Assembly (NCBI GenBank): GCA_035627595.1
Contig: DASPLK010000002.1
Span: 1,824 to 65,823, forward strand
Source: Minisyncoccota bacterium
Lineage (GTDB): Bacteria; Patescibacteriota; Minisyncoccia; Phycocordibacterales; Phycocordibacteraceae
Length of the DNA stretch: 64,000 bases
Direction of reading: 5' to 3'
Shown here: positions 9,714-18,354 of the stretch, one piece after another
Numbering within the stretch: position 1 is the first letter of the stretch
Layout of the letters: the number at the start of each line of letters is the position of its first letter
Translations under genes and position numbers: made by a program
Notes under the pieces: model-generated
The model's database searches: none
Seen by the model: only the letters and a program-made list of their open reading frames with translations
What the model was told of the DNA's origin: nothing

Positions 9714-9748
9714 AGTGTAGCATGTGCATATCCGTCGCATGCTACACT
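9714..9748. promoter_or_regulatory. Back-to-back extended -10 promoters (TGcTACACT on both strands) for the PfkB kinase and aldolase genes
   Basis: 11-bp inverted repeat agtgtagcatg (9714-9724) / catgctacact (9738-9748); each TACACT lies 6-7 nt before an ATG. Confidence 0.75.
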
Positions 9749-9755
9749 CCCGGTA

Positions 9756-10751
9756 ATGATTGATCTTGCACACATCGCCCGACAAATGGTCGCGCCCGGT
9801 AAGGGACTCCTGGCTGCTGACGAGAGCAACATGAGCGCTGATAAGCGTCTCAAGCTATATGGCATCGAGCCATCGGTCGAGATGCGACGTACGTATCGCG
9901 AGCTATTTCTAAACACGCCCGGTATCGAAGCGTACCTTTCTGGTGTAATCCTCTATGAGGAGACATTGGAGCAAAAGGGGAATGACGGCGTCTCATTTCC
10001 TGAGTCCCTTGCGTCCCGCGGCATCATTCCTGGAATCAAAGTGGACACGGGAACCGAGCCGTTTCCGCAGAGCGCAGACGAGCTCATCACTAACGGGCTC
10101 ATCGGCCTCCCTGAGCGCCTTGCAGAGTATCGTGCAAATTATGGTACTGGCTTCACGAAATGGCGCGCGGTCGTAAAGATCGACGGCGACCGGCTTCCGA
10201 CCGCAACCTCACTCGTTGAGAATGCGAAGCGTCTTGCAGAGTATGCACGCCTAGTACAGGAGGCAGGCATGGTGCCTATCCTTGAACCGGAAGTGCTGCT
10301 AGAAGGTCCGCATAGCCGCGTACGCGCGCGCGAAGTGCTCGTGAGAACTATTGAGACGCTCATGGCGACGCTGCAAGATCATGCGGTTGATTTCTCAGGT
10401 GTCATACTCAAAACCGCTATGGCTGTTTCAGGAAGCGAGAGCGGTAGGCTGGACTCACCTGAAGAAGTTGCCGAAGATACCGTAGGAGCGCTTATAGAGA
10501 CTGTGCCGTCCTCCGTTCCGGGCATTGTGTTCCTGTCTGGTGGACAGACGCCGGATCAGGCAACCGAGAACCTGCGCGCGATTACTGCCAAAGCTCGGGA
10601 AGTGCACGCGCCGTGGCCGATGACCTTCTCTTATGCGCGCGCCTTGCAAGAAGAAGCGCTCACCATCTGGGCTGGTAAAGATGAGAACATGGAAGCGGCT
10701 CGTGCAGCGTATGTAGCGCGGCTTGCTAAGGTCGCAGACGCACTTATATAA
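9756..10751 (+). CDS. fba: Fructose-bisphosphate aldolase class I
   Basis: GKGLLAADES, GIKVD.G, KWRAV, VPILEPEV, ILKT, FLSGGQ and TFSYARALQ motifs. Start at ATG 9756. Confidence 0.93.
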   Translation: MIDLAHIARQMVAPGKGLLAADESNMSADKRLKLYGIEPSVEMRRTYRELFLNTPGIEAYLSGVILYEETLEQKGNDGVSFPESLASRGIIPGIKVDTGTEPFPQSADELITNGLIGLPERLAEYRANYGTGFTKWRAVVKIDGDRLPTATSLVENAKRLAEYARLVQEAGMVPILEPEVLLEGPHSRVRAREVLVRTIETLMATLQDHAVDFSGVILKTAMAVSGSESGRLDSPEEVAEDTVGALIETVPSSVPGIVFLSGGQTPDQATENLRAITAKAREVHAPWPMTFSYARALQEEALTIWAGKDENMEAARAAYVARLAKVADALI

Positions 10752-10803
10752 GGTGTGGATATAAATGCGCTACTATCGCTACTCAATGCGGTAGGGTGTA
10801 TAG

Positions 10804-11241
10804 ATGCACACCCGGCATGCCGGCTTCACTTTAATCGAGCTCCTGGTTGTCATCGCCATCATCGGCATCCTTTCTGCAACGGTACTCGTATCCCTGAATA
10901 CCGCGCGTAGCAAAGCGCGTGATGCTCGTCGTGAGGCCGATTTGCGGCAGGTGCGGACAGCGCTCGAGCTTCATTACCATGAACACGGGCGCTACCCATA
11001 TCACGTTTCAGGCCAGCGGCTTTCAGGTATAGCATCCTCAATGACCCCTACTTATATAGGAGCCATACCGTTTGACCCTGTAGCAGGGGATACCAGCACT
11101 GGCTACCGCTACTACTCGACTTCAGACTACGATGGGTACCAAATGTTAGTTATGCTCGAGACTGACGCATTAAGTAGCTGGTGCCGTCATGATGGAGGCG
11201 CAAACCCTCCGGCGGTCTGGGCAGCATATCCTCTCTGCTAA
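10804..11241 (+). CDS. Type IV pilin-like protein (pilin 2)
   Basis: G|[17 protein letters not shown] class III signal; C-terminal Cys pair. Confidence 0.92.
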   Translation: MHTRHAGFTLIELLVVIAIIGILSATVLVSLNTARSKARDARREADLRQVRTALELHYHEHGRYPYHVSGQRLSGIASSMTPTYIGAIPFDPVAGDTSTGYRYYSTSDYDGYQMLVMLETDALSSWCRHDGGANPPAVWAAYPLC

Positions 11242-11246
11242 ATCCT

Positions 11247-11693
11247 ATGTCACACGCAAATCAACCGCGCGGCTTCACGCTCATCGAACTACTCATCGTC
11301 ATTGCTATTATCGGCATCTTGTCTGCGACTGTGCTCGTATCGCTCAATCAAACACGAGTGAAGGCGCGTGACGCGCTGCGCCAGTCAGACTTGCGTCAAG
11401 TCCGTACCGCACTAGAGATTTACTATTTTGATAACGGCCGTTACCCAACAGACGGTCCAAATACACGTCTAGGAGAGATATCCTCGTCATTGGTCCCTAG
11501 ATATATGCCTAAGATGCCCGTTGATCCGACCTACGGGTCAGGCAGTAGTGGGTACCGATATCGTTCGGATTCCGCTGGCGAGCAAGGATACGAGATACTT
11601 GTGAATATGGAGACTGATAGCGTTACCTGGTGTAGGCAGGCGGGCGGTGCACCATCTACTGCCTGGGCCTCGTACCCGGCTTGTAGTAGCTAG
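11247..11693 (+). CDS. Type IV pilin-like protein (pilin 3), tandem paralog of pilin 2
   Basis: G|FTLIELL; shares GYRY, ETD...WCR..GG and WA.YP.C with pilin 2. Confidence 0.92.
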   Translation: MSHANQPRGFTLIELLIVIAIIGILSATVLVSLNQTRVKARDALRQSDLRQVRTALEIYYFDNGRYPTDGPNTRLGEISSSLVPRYMPKMPVDPTYGSGSSGYRYRSDSAGEQGYEILVNMETDSVTWCRQAGGAPSTAWASYPACSS

Positions 11694-11731
11694 CGACTTG
11701 CAGAAGCGCCCTTAATCCGTATACTTCCCGC

Positions 11732-12361
11732 ATGCCACAACTAACCGTCACCCCCCGCACTGAGATCGGGAAGTCCTCCTCGCTTTTGGCGAAGGACGGC
11801 CTCATGCCTGCTGTTGTCTACGGACATAAGCAGGAGGCGACCCCGGTTTCTCTTCCGATTGCGGATTTCACCAGGATTCTCCGCGAGAGCGGTGAGTCCG
11901 TTGTCATCGACATCGATGGCCTCGGCAAGCCAATGCAGGTCTTGATCCACGATATCGACCGCGATCCTGTTTCAAATCAGCCCCGCCATGCAGACCTTTA
12001 CGCTATCGAGAAGGGAGCAAAGGTTGAGGTAGCCGTACCGCTTTCCTTTACTGGCGAGTCGTTTGCGGTAAAAACCGGTGCAAACCTAGTGAAGGTGCTT
12101 CATGAGCTCCAGATCGAGGCTGCGCCTGCAGACCTTCCGCAGGAGATCGAGATCGATATTTCTGCACTCAATGCTGTTGGTGATCAGATCCATGTGAAGG
12201 ATCTCGTCCTACCGAAGGGCGTTGTGACCCATGTAGACCCAGAAGAGGTCGTTGTGCTCGCGCAGGAAGTCGAAGTAGATACTGAGACTGATACTGCCGC
12301 TCCAGATATGGGAGCTATCGAGGTAGAGAAAAAGGGTAAGGACGAAGAACAGGCGGCATAA
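11732..12361 (+). CDS. rplY: 50S ribosomal protein L25 (Ctc type)
   Basis: MPAVVYG, HADLY, VEVAVPL and GDQIHVKDL motifs. Confidence 0.93.
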   Translation: MPQLTVTPRTEIGKSSSLLAKDGLMPAVVYGHKQEATPVSLPIADFTRILRESGESVVIDIDGLGKPMQVLIHDIDRDPVSNQPRHADLYAIEKGAKVEVAVPLSFTGESFAVKTGANLVKVLHELQIEAAPADLPQEIEIDISALNAVGDQIHVKDLVLPKGVVTHVDPEEVVVLAQEVEVDTETDTAAPDMGAIEVEKKGKDEEQAA

Positions 12362-12375
12362 ACATGAACGCTTCA

Positions 12376-12407
12376 CAAAAAGCGGTTCCGAGAGGGACCG
12401 CTTTTTG
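12376..12407 (+). terminator. Intrinsic terminator after rplY
   Basis: caaaaagcggttcc-gaga-gggaccgctttttg hairpin with a T tract. Confidence 0.8.
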
Positions 12408-12423
12408 ATATACTAAGCTTCTT

Positions 12424-13770
12424 ATGGGTGCACGACTTCTCTTCGCAGCACTTCTACTTAGTACCATCGGCGCGATTGCTCCGTCGGTATTATTTGCGCA
12501 GAGTACGGATGCGACCGCGCAACGTCGCGCAGAACTTCAGCGTCAGCTAAATTCAGTGGAATCACAGATCGCAGCAACCAACTCTGTCATTACGAAGCTT
12601 CAGGGCGAAGGCGCATCATTGCAGCGCGATATCAATATTCTCGATGGAGAGATCAAAAAGGCAAAGCTCCAGGTGCAGGCGACCGATATCGCAATCCAAG
12701 CGCTGGCAAGTAACATCACAGTCCATTCGAGAACCATCAGTACGCTCACGGAACAGCTGGGAACTCAAAAGGAGGCGCTCGCAGAAGTGATCCGCAAGAC
12801 ACGTGAGTACGATGACTACTCTTTGGTGGAGGTCGCGTTTTCTGCTAAGGACGTATCCGAGTTCTTCGGCGATCTCGATTCTTATGCAGCGATCAACGCC
12901 GCCATCGACGCTTCAAGTAAGCGCATCATTTCCACACGCGAGTCTACATCCCAGGAGCGCGATGCGCTTGAGACTCAGAAGTCGCAACACGAGAAGCTAA
13001 AACAGTTGAAGGTGGCTGAGCAGCGGAAAGTTCAGGAGCAGGAAGTCGCAAAGCAGAAGCTGCTCGATCAGACCAAGGGGCAAGAAGCCGCGTATCAGCA
13101 GGTTAAGGCAATGCATGAGCGTACTGCAGCGCAGATCCGTGCTGAGCTCTTTGCGCTAGCGGGCGGAGGCGGCGCAATTCCATTTGGCACAGCGGTCGAA
13201 CATGCAAAGACAGCATCACGTCTCACAGGCGTTCGTCCCGCGCTCATCCTCGCAATTCTCTCTCAGGAATCTGATCTCGGAAGGAATGTCGGTCAGTGTC
13301 TTATCACAAGTCTTGAGACAGGCGATGGAAAGGGAAAGAACACAGGCACGCCGTTCTCGGGTGTCATGAAGGTGCCGCGTGATACCGTCCCGTTCAAGCG
13401 CATTATGGATGCGCTTGGCCAAGACTGGTCTACAACAGCAGTCTCCTGTCCGCAGCCGGGTGGCTATGGAGGTGCGATGGGACCAACGCAGTTCATTCCT
13501 TCTACGTGGGAAATGTATGAGGGCCGCATCAAGAGTGCGCTTGGGGTTGCTGCATCAAACCCATGGAATTCACTACATGCGATTACCGCAACGGGCTTCT
13601 ATCTAGCTGATGTCGGTGCCGCTGGAGGTGCTTACCAAGCAGAACATACGGCAGCAGCCCGATATTATGCTGGCGGCAACTGGGCAACGGCAGGACAGGT
13701 ATACGCTAACAGCGTAATGGGGAAGGCAGCCGCTTTCCAGAAGGATATCGATACGCTAAACGGAAATTAG
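12424..13770 (+). CDS. Secreted coiled-coil protein with a C-terminal lytic transglycosylase (lysozyme-like) domain
   Basis: Signal peptide; CwlO/PcsB-like coiled coil; ILSQES catalytic Glu, GAMGPTQFIPSTW and ARYY...YANSV motifs. Confidence 0.85.
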   Translation: MGARLLFAALLLSTIGAIAPSVLFAQSTDATAQRRAELQRQLNSVESQIAATNSVITKLQGEGASLQRDINILDGEIKKAKLQVQATDIAIQALASNITVHSRTISTLTEQLGTQKEALAEVIRKTREYDDYSLVEVAFSAKDVSEFFGDLDSYAAINAAIDASSKRIISTRESTSQERDALETQKSQHEKLKQLKVAEQRKVQEQEVAKQKLLDQTKGQEAAYQQVKAMHERTAAQIRAELFALAGGGGAIPFGTAVEHAKTASRLTGVRPALILAILSQESDLGRNVGQCLITSLETGDGKGKNTGTPFSGVMKVPRDTVPFKRIMDALGQDWSTTAVSCPQPGGYGGAMGPTQFIPSTWEMYEGRIKSALGVAASNPWNSLHAITATGFYLADVGAAGGAYQAEHTAAARYYAGGNWATAGQVYANSVMGKAAAFQKDIDTLNGN

Positions 13771-13844
13771 GCGGTTCCTTTCTTCCTATACTTTTCCACA
13801 TTGGATAAACGAAAACCATGTAGGTCGGTTATGCTTAGACTTAC

Positions 13845-15269
13845 ATGAACAAGACACTCGCATTTGTCCTCTCCGTATTATTATTGTCATCGCCGCTATA
13901 CTCGTCCGCACAAGAAGCCGCTGATCTGCCAGAACCAGAAGCGGTTGAGCAACAGGAAACTGCTGTTTTGCCAGAAACAGTCGAGCTACCAGCACGCCTC
14001 ACTGCTCCTGAAGGACTCACCTCGTGTTTTGAGACATATCGCTTTGGCTCGGTATATGCAGATTTAGCTCCATCACTCACAGAAGCATCGCAAAGCTCCT
14101 CGCTCGCATTCTCAGGGACGATAACAAATGAGAATCCATATCCTGTATCTGATATCACGATCTGGGCGAAAGTATTTAAGGTTCGTACGGAAGGAAAGGA
14201 CATAAACGGCCCGGATGTGCTTGCATGGGAAGCGGTCGCAACTGATCTAACCCTTAAAGCAGGCGAGACACGTCCGCTCTCGTATGAATGGTTCGTTCCT
14301 GCAGATGCCGAGCCGGGAAACTACCAGCTCGCAACCTATGTCACCAACTTCGATAGGTTTGAGCTATCAGGTCTGACCTTCACGGACGATATCGTCGGCA
14401 TGAAGAATGAGTTCACGGTGGTTGGAGACTCTATGGGCGCAGTGCGCTTTGATAAAGATGGTGTAACGGTTGCTGATCGCACATTTTACTTTGCTGCCTA
14501 TCCGCCAACTCTTCCTAGAGATACGGAGTCCGTACCGGTAGTCGCTACTATCGTTAACACAACGCCGGCACCCTACTTTGGAACGGTAACGTGGAAGCTG
14601 CACTATTGGGATCGCATTACAAATCGCACGCTCATCTCTGAATCAACTGAAGAGGTGCAGGTTAATCCAAATGAAACTGCGACCGTATCCTATACCGTGG
14701 ATGATACAGATCACGCGGTGTACTATCTCGTTGGCGAACTAGAGACCGAGCTAGGCTCGAAATCAATTATTGGCGTACGCTTTGTACGCGAGGGAGTTCA
14801 GGAGGCACGTTTGAACTTCGTAACGGGTACACCTGACCCAGAGAGCGGAAAGGGTGTTGCGGTTGCGTGTATTCACGCAACTAACTACACGCCCGTTGAA
14901 AATGGCCGCATAGAGCTTTCTGCTCGCCGTTCGGGACTCTTTTACGATCTCCTCGCGCCGTTTGGAATTGGCGATCTTGGATTCAAGAAGTATGAGGGCC
15001 TAATCTCTAGCGAGATTTATGCGCTTGAGATGCCTCTTACTGCAGCAGCAGCTTCATACGTAGTAAGCGCAAAACTGTATCAAGGAGATGAGCTCGTGGA
15101 CCAGGTGAGTGTGCCGTACTGTGAAGGTGACAAGTGCGCATCCATGATCTGGGTGTACGTATCCGTAGGTTTGATCCTCCTCAGTCTTATTGGAATCGGT
15201 GTGTACGTTCTTCTGAGACGACGACGTACTACTGCAATACCGCAGCCACCAGTAACCCCAACCGTATGA
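13845..15269 (+). CDS. Exported beta-rich protein with a C-terminal TM anchor
   Basis: Signal peptide (SSA|QE); Ig-like beta segments; TM helix followed by RRRR and a Pro-rich tail. Confidence 0.75.
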   Translation: MNKTLAFVLSVLLLSSPLYSSAQEAADLPEPEAVEQQETAVLPETVELPARLTAPEGLTSCFETYRFGSVYADLAPSLTEASQSSSLAFSGTITNENPYPVSDITIWAKVFKVRTEGKDINGPDVLAWEAVATDLTLKAGETRPLSYEWFVPADAEPGNYQLATYVTNFDRFELSGLTFTDDIVGMKNEFTVVGDSMGAVRFDKDGVTVADRTFYFAAYPPTLPRDTESVPVVATIVNTTPAPYFGTVTWKLHYWDRITNRTLISESTEEVQVNPNETATVSYTVDDTDHAVYYLVGELETELGSKSIIGVRFVREGVQEARLNFVTGTPDPESGKGVAVACIHATNYTPVENGRIELSARRSGLFYDLLAPFGIGDLGFKKYEGLISSEIYALEMPLTAAAASYVVSAKLYQGDELVDQVSVPYCEGDKCASMIWVYVSVGLILLSLIGIGVYVLLRRRRTTAIPQPPVTPTV

Positions 15270-17272
15270 TCCGTATCACCAACGCCCTCGTTTTCTCGCT
15301 AGTACTTTTGGGAGCTGTCTCGTACGCACCGCAAGCGGAAGCTAAGAGTGTGTCTCATAGCTATGTGTACGAGGCATACATGATGCTCACCCAGGCGACG
15401 CCATTTTGGGCGGAAATGAGCAATCCGAACGTGACGGTTACCTATGAAGCCACGATCACTAATGCAGACACGGGTGCAGTGATCAATGATGGTGCGCAGG
15501 TGCCCAAAGGAACACGCATCAAGATAGCGCCTAAGCCGCATACCTCGGACGATATTTACTGGTTCGGCACTGGTTCCTCAAATGACAGTCCGTATGGTAG
15601 CTGGGGCACTTCCGCTCCTGGCGTCACCTGCGACGCTAAGGACTTCCTGAACCCGGTCTACTACGTCGGTGATGTGTATGTGTCTGTGATTGTCCCTCCG
15701 CCAACTAAAACGATTACACAGTCAAGCAATATGACTTGCGGAGCTGTTGCCGCAGATGGATCAAAAATATGTACCGTGACGGGTGTAGGAGCTGCTACAG
15801 CAACAGTTAAATTTGCTGCGACATCCGGTACATGGCACTCATCCTACAAACCTTCGGGAGATCCAACTACGTGTAGGCGTGGATTTAGTCCCGTATATAA
15901 TACATATCGAAATCCGGACGGTTGGTCGTACTCCAGCGAAGTTGCACGTGTCGATGTTCCGGAGAAGTCTATTACGTTCTCTTTTAACGCAGTAGATGTT
16001 CAGGCACCGCCAGCAGCTCCAACGATAACGTGTCCAGCTTCAGGTAAGGTGGGACAAGAGCTTAGCTTCACCTTTACCGCAGCGGATCCAAACAGTGACC
16101 AGCTTCGTTACGGTATTAACTGGGCAGGGGGCACGACTGTTACCCAGTGGGCACCTGCATCAGGATACGTAAATAGCGGAACTGCCCAGACGGTTAAGCG
16201 CACATGGACTTCTGCTGGCACGTACACGGTGAGGGCTCTTGCCCAAGACAGCAAGGGAGCATCCTCTGCATGGGCCTCGTGCCAGGTAACGATTTCAGCG
16301 TCGCCTGACCTCATCCCAACTTCGCTTACACCGCAGCGAGCAGTCGAAGATAGGTCCGTAACGTTCGTTGCCAACATATCGAATGCAGGAGGAGCGGCTG
16401 CTGGAACATTCTCATCAACGGTGTACATCTGTGCCCAGGCAGATACAGCCTGCAGGAATAGTGTCGTCGCAAACGCAAATAACTCATGGTTTAAACGGCT
16501 TGTAGCGTTCTTCATACCATCTGTAGCGCGAGCTGCTACTGCGGTTCAGGTGCGGCTAAGTGGAAGCGGAATTGCTGCAGCTTCAAGTGGGCAGCAAACG
16601 GGAAGCTACACATTCCCTAATCAAGGCACGTACGTCATGCGTGTATGCGCAGACCGTCCCGCTAATGCGGTCGTCGAGTCTAATGAGACGAATAACTGTC
16701 AGGATTGGACCACAATTGTTGTTGATCCTGCAGTGCCGCCTTCAGTCTCGTGTGCCGTATCTCCAACACGCATCAGCTCAGGTCAAAGTGTTACGTACAC
16801 GACGACATCTAATGGCGGAGCTACGGGACCTTACACCTGGACTCCTTCAGATGGAGCAAACGTAGGTACGGGCGCATCAGTGACTCGCACAATCACTACG
16901 CCTGGCCCTCACAGCATGACCGTAAAGGGTTCAAACACAGCGGTAGCAAACTGTCCGCTTGTGGATGTGACCGCAACCTGGTGTACGAGTTCAACACCGG
17001 ACCTCACCATAACCGCAGAGCCTAGTCGAGTTAACATTGGCCAGTCAGTTGAGCTTGAGTGGAGTGCTAGGGGAGTTAATGGCCAGAACGCTACTTGTAC
17101 GGTTACGGGCCCTGGAGTTTCCTGGTCTGGACCGGTCTCTCTAGCACCTTCCTGTAGCGTATCTGGATCAGCAAATCCGGTCATAAACACTCAAAGTACC
17201 TATACGCTCACCTGTGGTGCTACGAGCGAGTCAGTTATTGTGAACGTGGTGCCTGACGTCGTCGAGTTCTAG
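15266..17272 (+). CDS. Secreted PKD/CARDB multidomain surface protein
   Basis: Signal peptide (AEA|K); PKD-like DPNSDQLRYGINW...WT.AGTYTVRALAQD; CARDB-like DL...RVCAD...ESNETNNC. ATG 15266 overlaps the upstream TGA. Confidence 0.82.
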   Translation: MIRITNALVFSLVLLGAVSYAPQAEAKSVSHSYVYEAYMMLTQATPFWAEMSNPNVTVTYEATITNADTGAVINDGAQVPKGTRIKIAPKPHTSDDIYWFGTGSSNDSPYGSWGTSAPGVTCDAKDFLNPVYYVGDVYVSVIVPPPTKTITQSSNMTCGAVAADGSKICTVTGVGAATATVKFAATSGTWHSSYKPSGDPTTCRRGFSPVYNTYRNPDGWSYSSEVARVDVPEKSITFSFNAVDVQAPPAAPTITCPASGKVGQELSFTFTAADPNSDQLRYGINWAGGTTVTQWAPASGYVNSGTAQTVKRTWTSAGTYTVRALAQDSKGASSAWASCQVTISASPDLIPTSLTPQRAVEDRSVTFVANISNAGGAAAGTFSSTVYICAQADTACRNSVVANANNSWFKRLVAFFIPSVARAATAVQVRLSGSGIAAASSGQQTGSYTFPNQGTYVMRVCADRPANAVVESNETNNCQDWTTIVVDPAVPPSVSCAVSPTRISSGQSVTYTTTSNGGATGPYTWTPSDGANVGTGASVTRTITTPGPHSMTVKGSNTAVANCPLVDVTATWCTSSTPDLTITAEPSRVNIGQSVELEWSARGVNGQNATCTVTGPGVSWSGPVSLAPSCSVSGSANPVINTQSTYTLTCGATSESVIVNVVPDVVEF

Positions 17273-17380
17273 TCAGACAGCCGGATGACACTGAAGTGAG
17301 CGGTTGCGGTGCAGCCTGAACAGTGATCTATCCACATGCGTGATACCGTCCCTGTAAAGGAGGCGGTATCATTGCGTTAT

Positions 17381-17656
17381 ATGGATGAACCTACTACTAC
17401 TCCTGTGCAAGAAGCATCTGCGTCTATAAAGAAAAAGCTTCCCATTTATGCTCTTATCGTTGCCCTGCTTGTTACAGCAGCTCTCGCCGCGGCAGCGCTT
17501 TGGCACTACCATCCGTATTTTAAAGAGCAGCGCGCGGTGCAAGAGGGCGAGGAAAGACAGGCCATTCTCAACTCGCTCCCTGAGAATCCTGCGGCCAAAG
17601 ACCTCACCTTTGAGGAACGTGAGGCGATCCTTTCGGGCCTTGAGATAGCTGAATAG
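17381..17656 (+). CDS. Small single-TM membrane protein
   Basis: KKK, then a hydrophobic helix, then a duplicated EER.AIL motif; TATCAT lies 8 nt before ATG 17381. Confidence 0.7.
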   Translation: MDEPTTTPVQEASASIKKKLPIYALIVALLVTAALAAAALWHYHPYFKEQRAVQEGEERQAILNSLPENPAAKDLTFEEREAILSGLEIAE

Positions 17657-17739
17657 TTTTCCCCCTAAAGGGTTTTGCCCTGGTATGTGAGAGAGCCTCA
17701 GGAGTATACTTAGTGTATTAACCTACGAATTATTTCCGC

Positions 17740-18336
17740 ATGCGTACCATTAAGAAACTACTGGGTGCTATACACAAGCCTCTACTTACGGCGCTTATCG
17801 CCGTGTTTGTTGTCGGCGGTGTTGCCGTCGCTCAGACAACCTTCACACAGCCTGCATCAACACCTCCTGGTGGAAACGTCTCGGCACCGGTAAATGTTGG
17901 AACGACATTTCAGCAGAAGCTTGGCCAATTGTGGTCAAAGTCCATGGGTACGGATGATGGATACTGTATTGGGGACAGCTGTATCACGGAGTGGCCAACC
18001 AATACGATCGCGAGCTGCCAGATGTGTATTTCGGTCAAGGCTGACACTAGCGGCGACAACAGCAAGGCGCGTCAGTGTGGCGGCACCTCAGGCGGAATAG
18101 CTGCAGGTGGAGGTACGTCGTGTGTGCCGATCGACCAGTGGACCGCACCGTATCGTGACGATACTGACGACCGTGCCGGTGGCTGTCAGATGCAGTGGAA
18201 GCTCGACTGTACGGCTCCATACGGCGATAGACCAGCGCCAGCCCCTCCTACTTACACGGGTGATGGAAATGACGAAGTCGTAAATCCAGGCGATAGGTTT
18301 GAAGAAAGGTCTACCGAGTACGAAACAGTACAGTAA
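17740..18336 (+). CDS. Secreted Cys-rich protein with a CPR-type fibre N-terminal motif
   Basis: Signal peptide followed by FTQP.STPPGGNVSAPVNVG...Q.K.G.L, then YCIGDSCITEWP and a Cys-rich domain. Confidence 0.75.
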   Translation: MRTIKKLLGAIHKPLLTALIAVFVVGGVAVAQTTFTQPASTPPGGNVSAPVNVGTTFQQKLGQLWSKSMGTDDGYCIGDSCITEWPTNTIASCQMCISVKADTSGDNSKARQCGGTSGGIAAGGGTSCVPIDQWTAPYRDDTDDRAGGCQMQWKLDCTAPYGDRPAPAPPTYTGDGNDEVVNPGDRFEERSTEYETVQ

Positions 18337-18354
18337 GTCCTTATCGTCTATTTC

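Noticed and set aside
17356-17363. AAAGGAGG upstream of the small membrane gene as an SD
   Set aside because: It lies 17 nt from ATG 17381 and upstream of the TATCAT -10 element, so it is probably not in the transcript.
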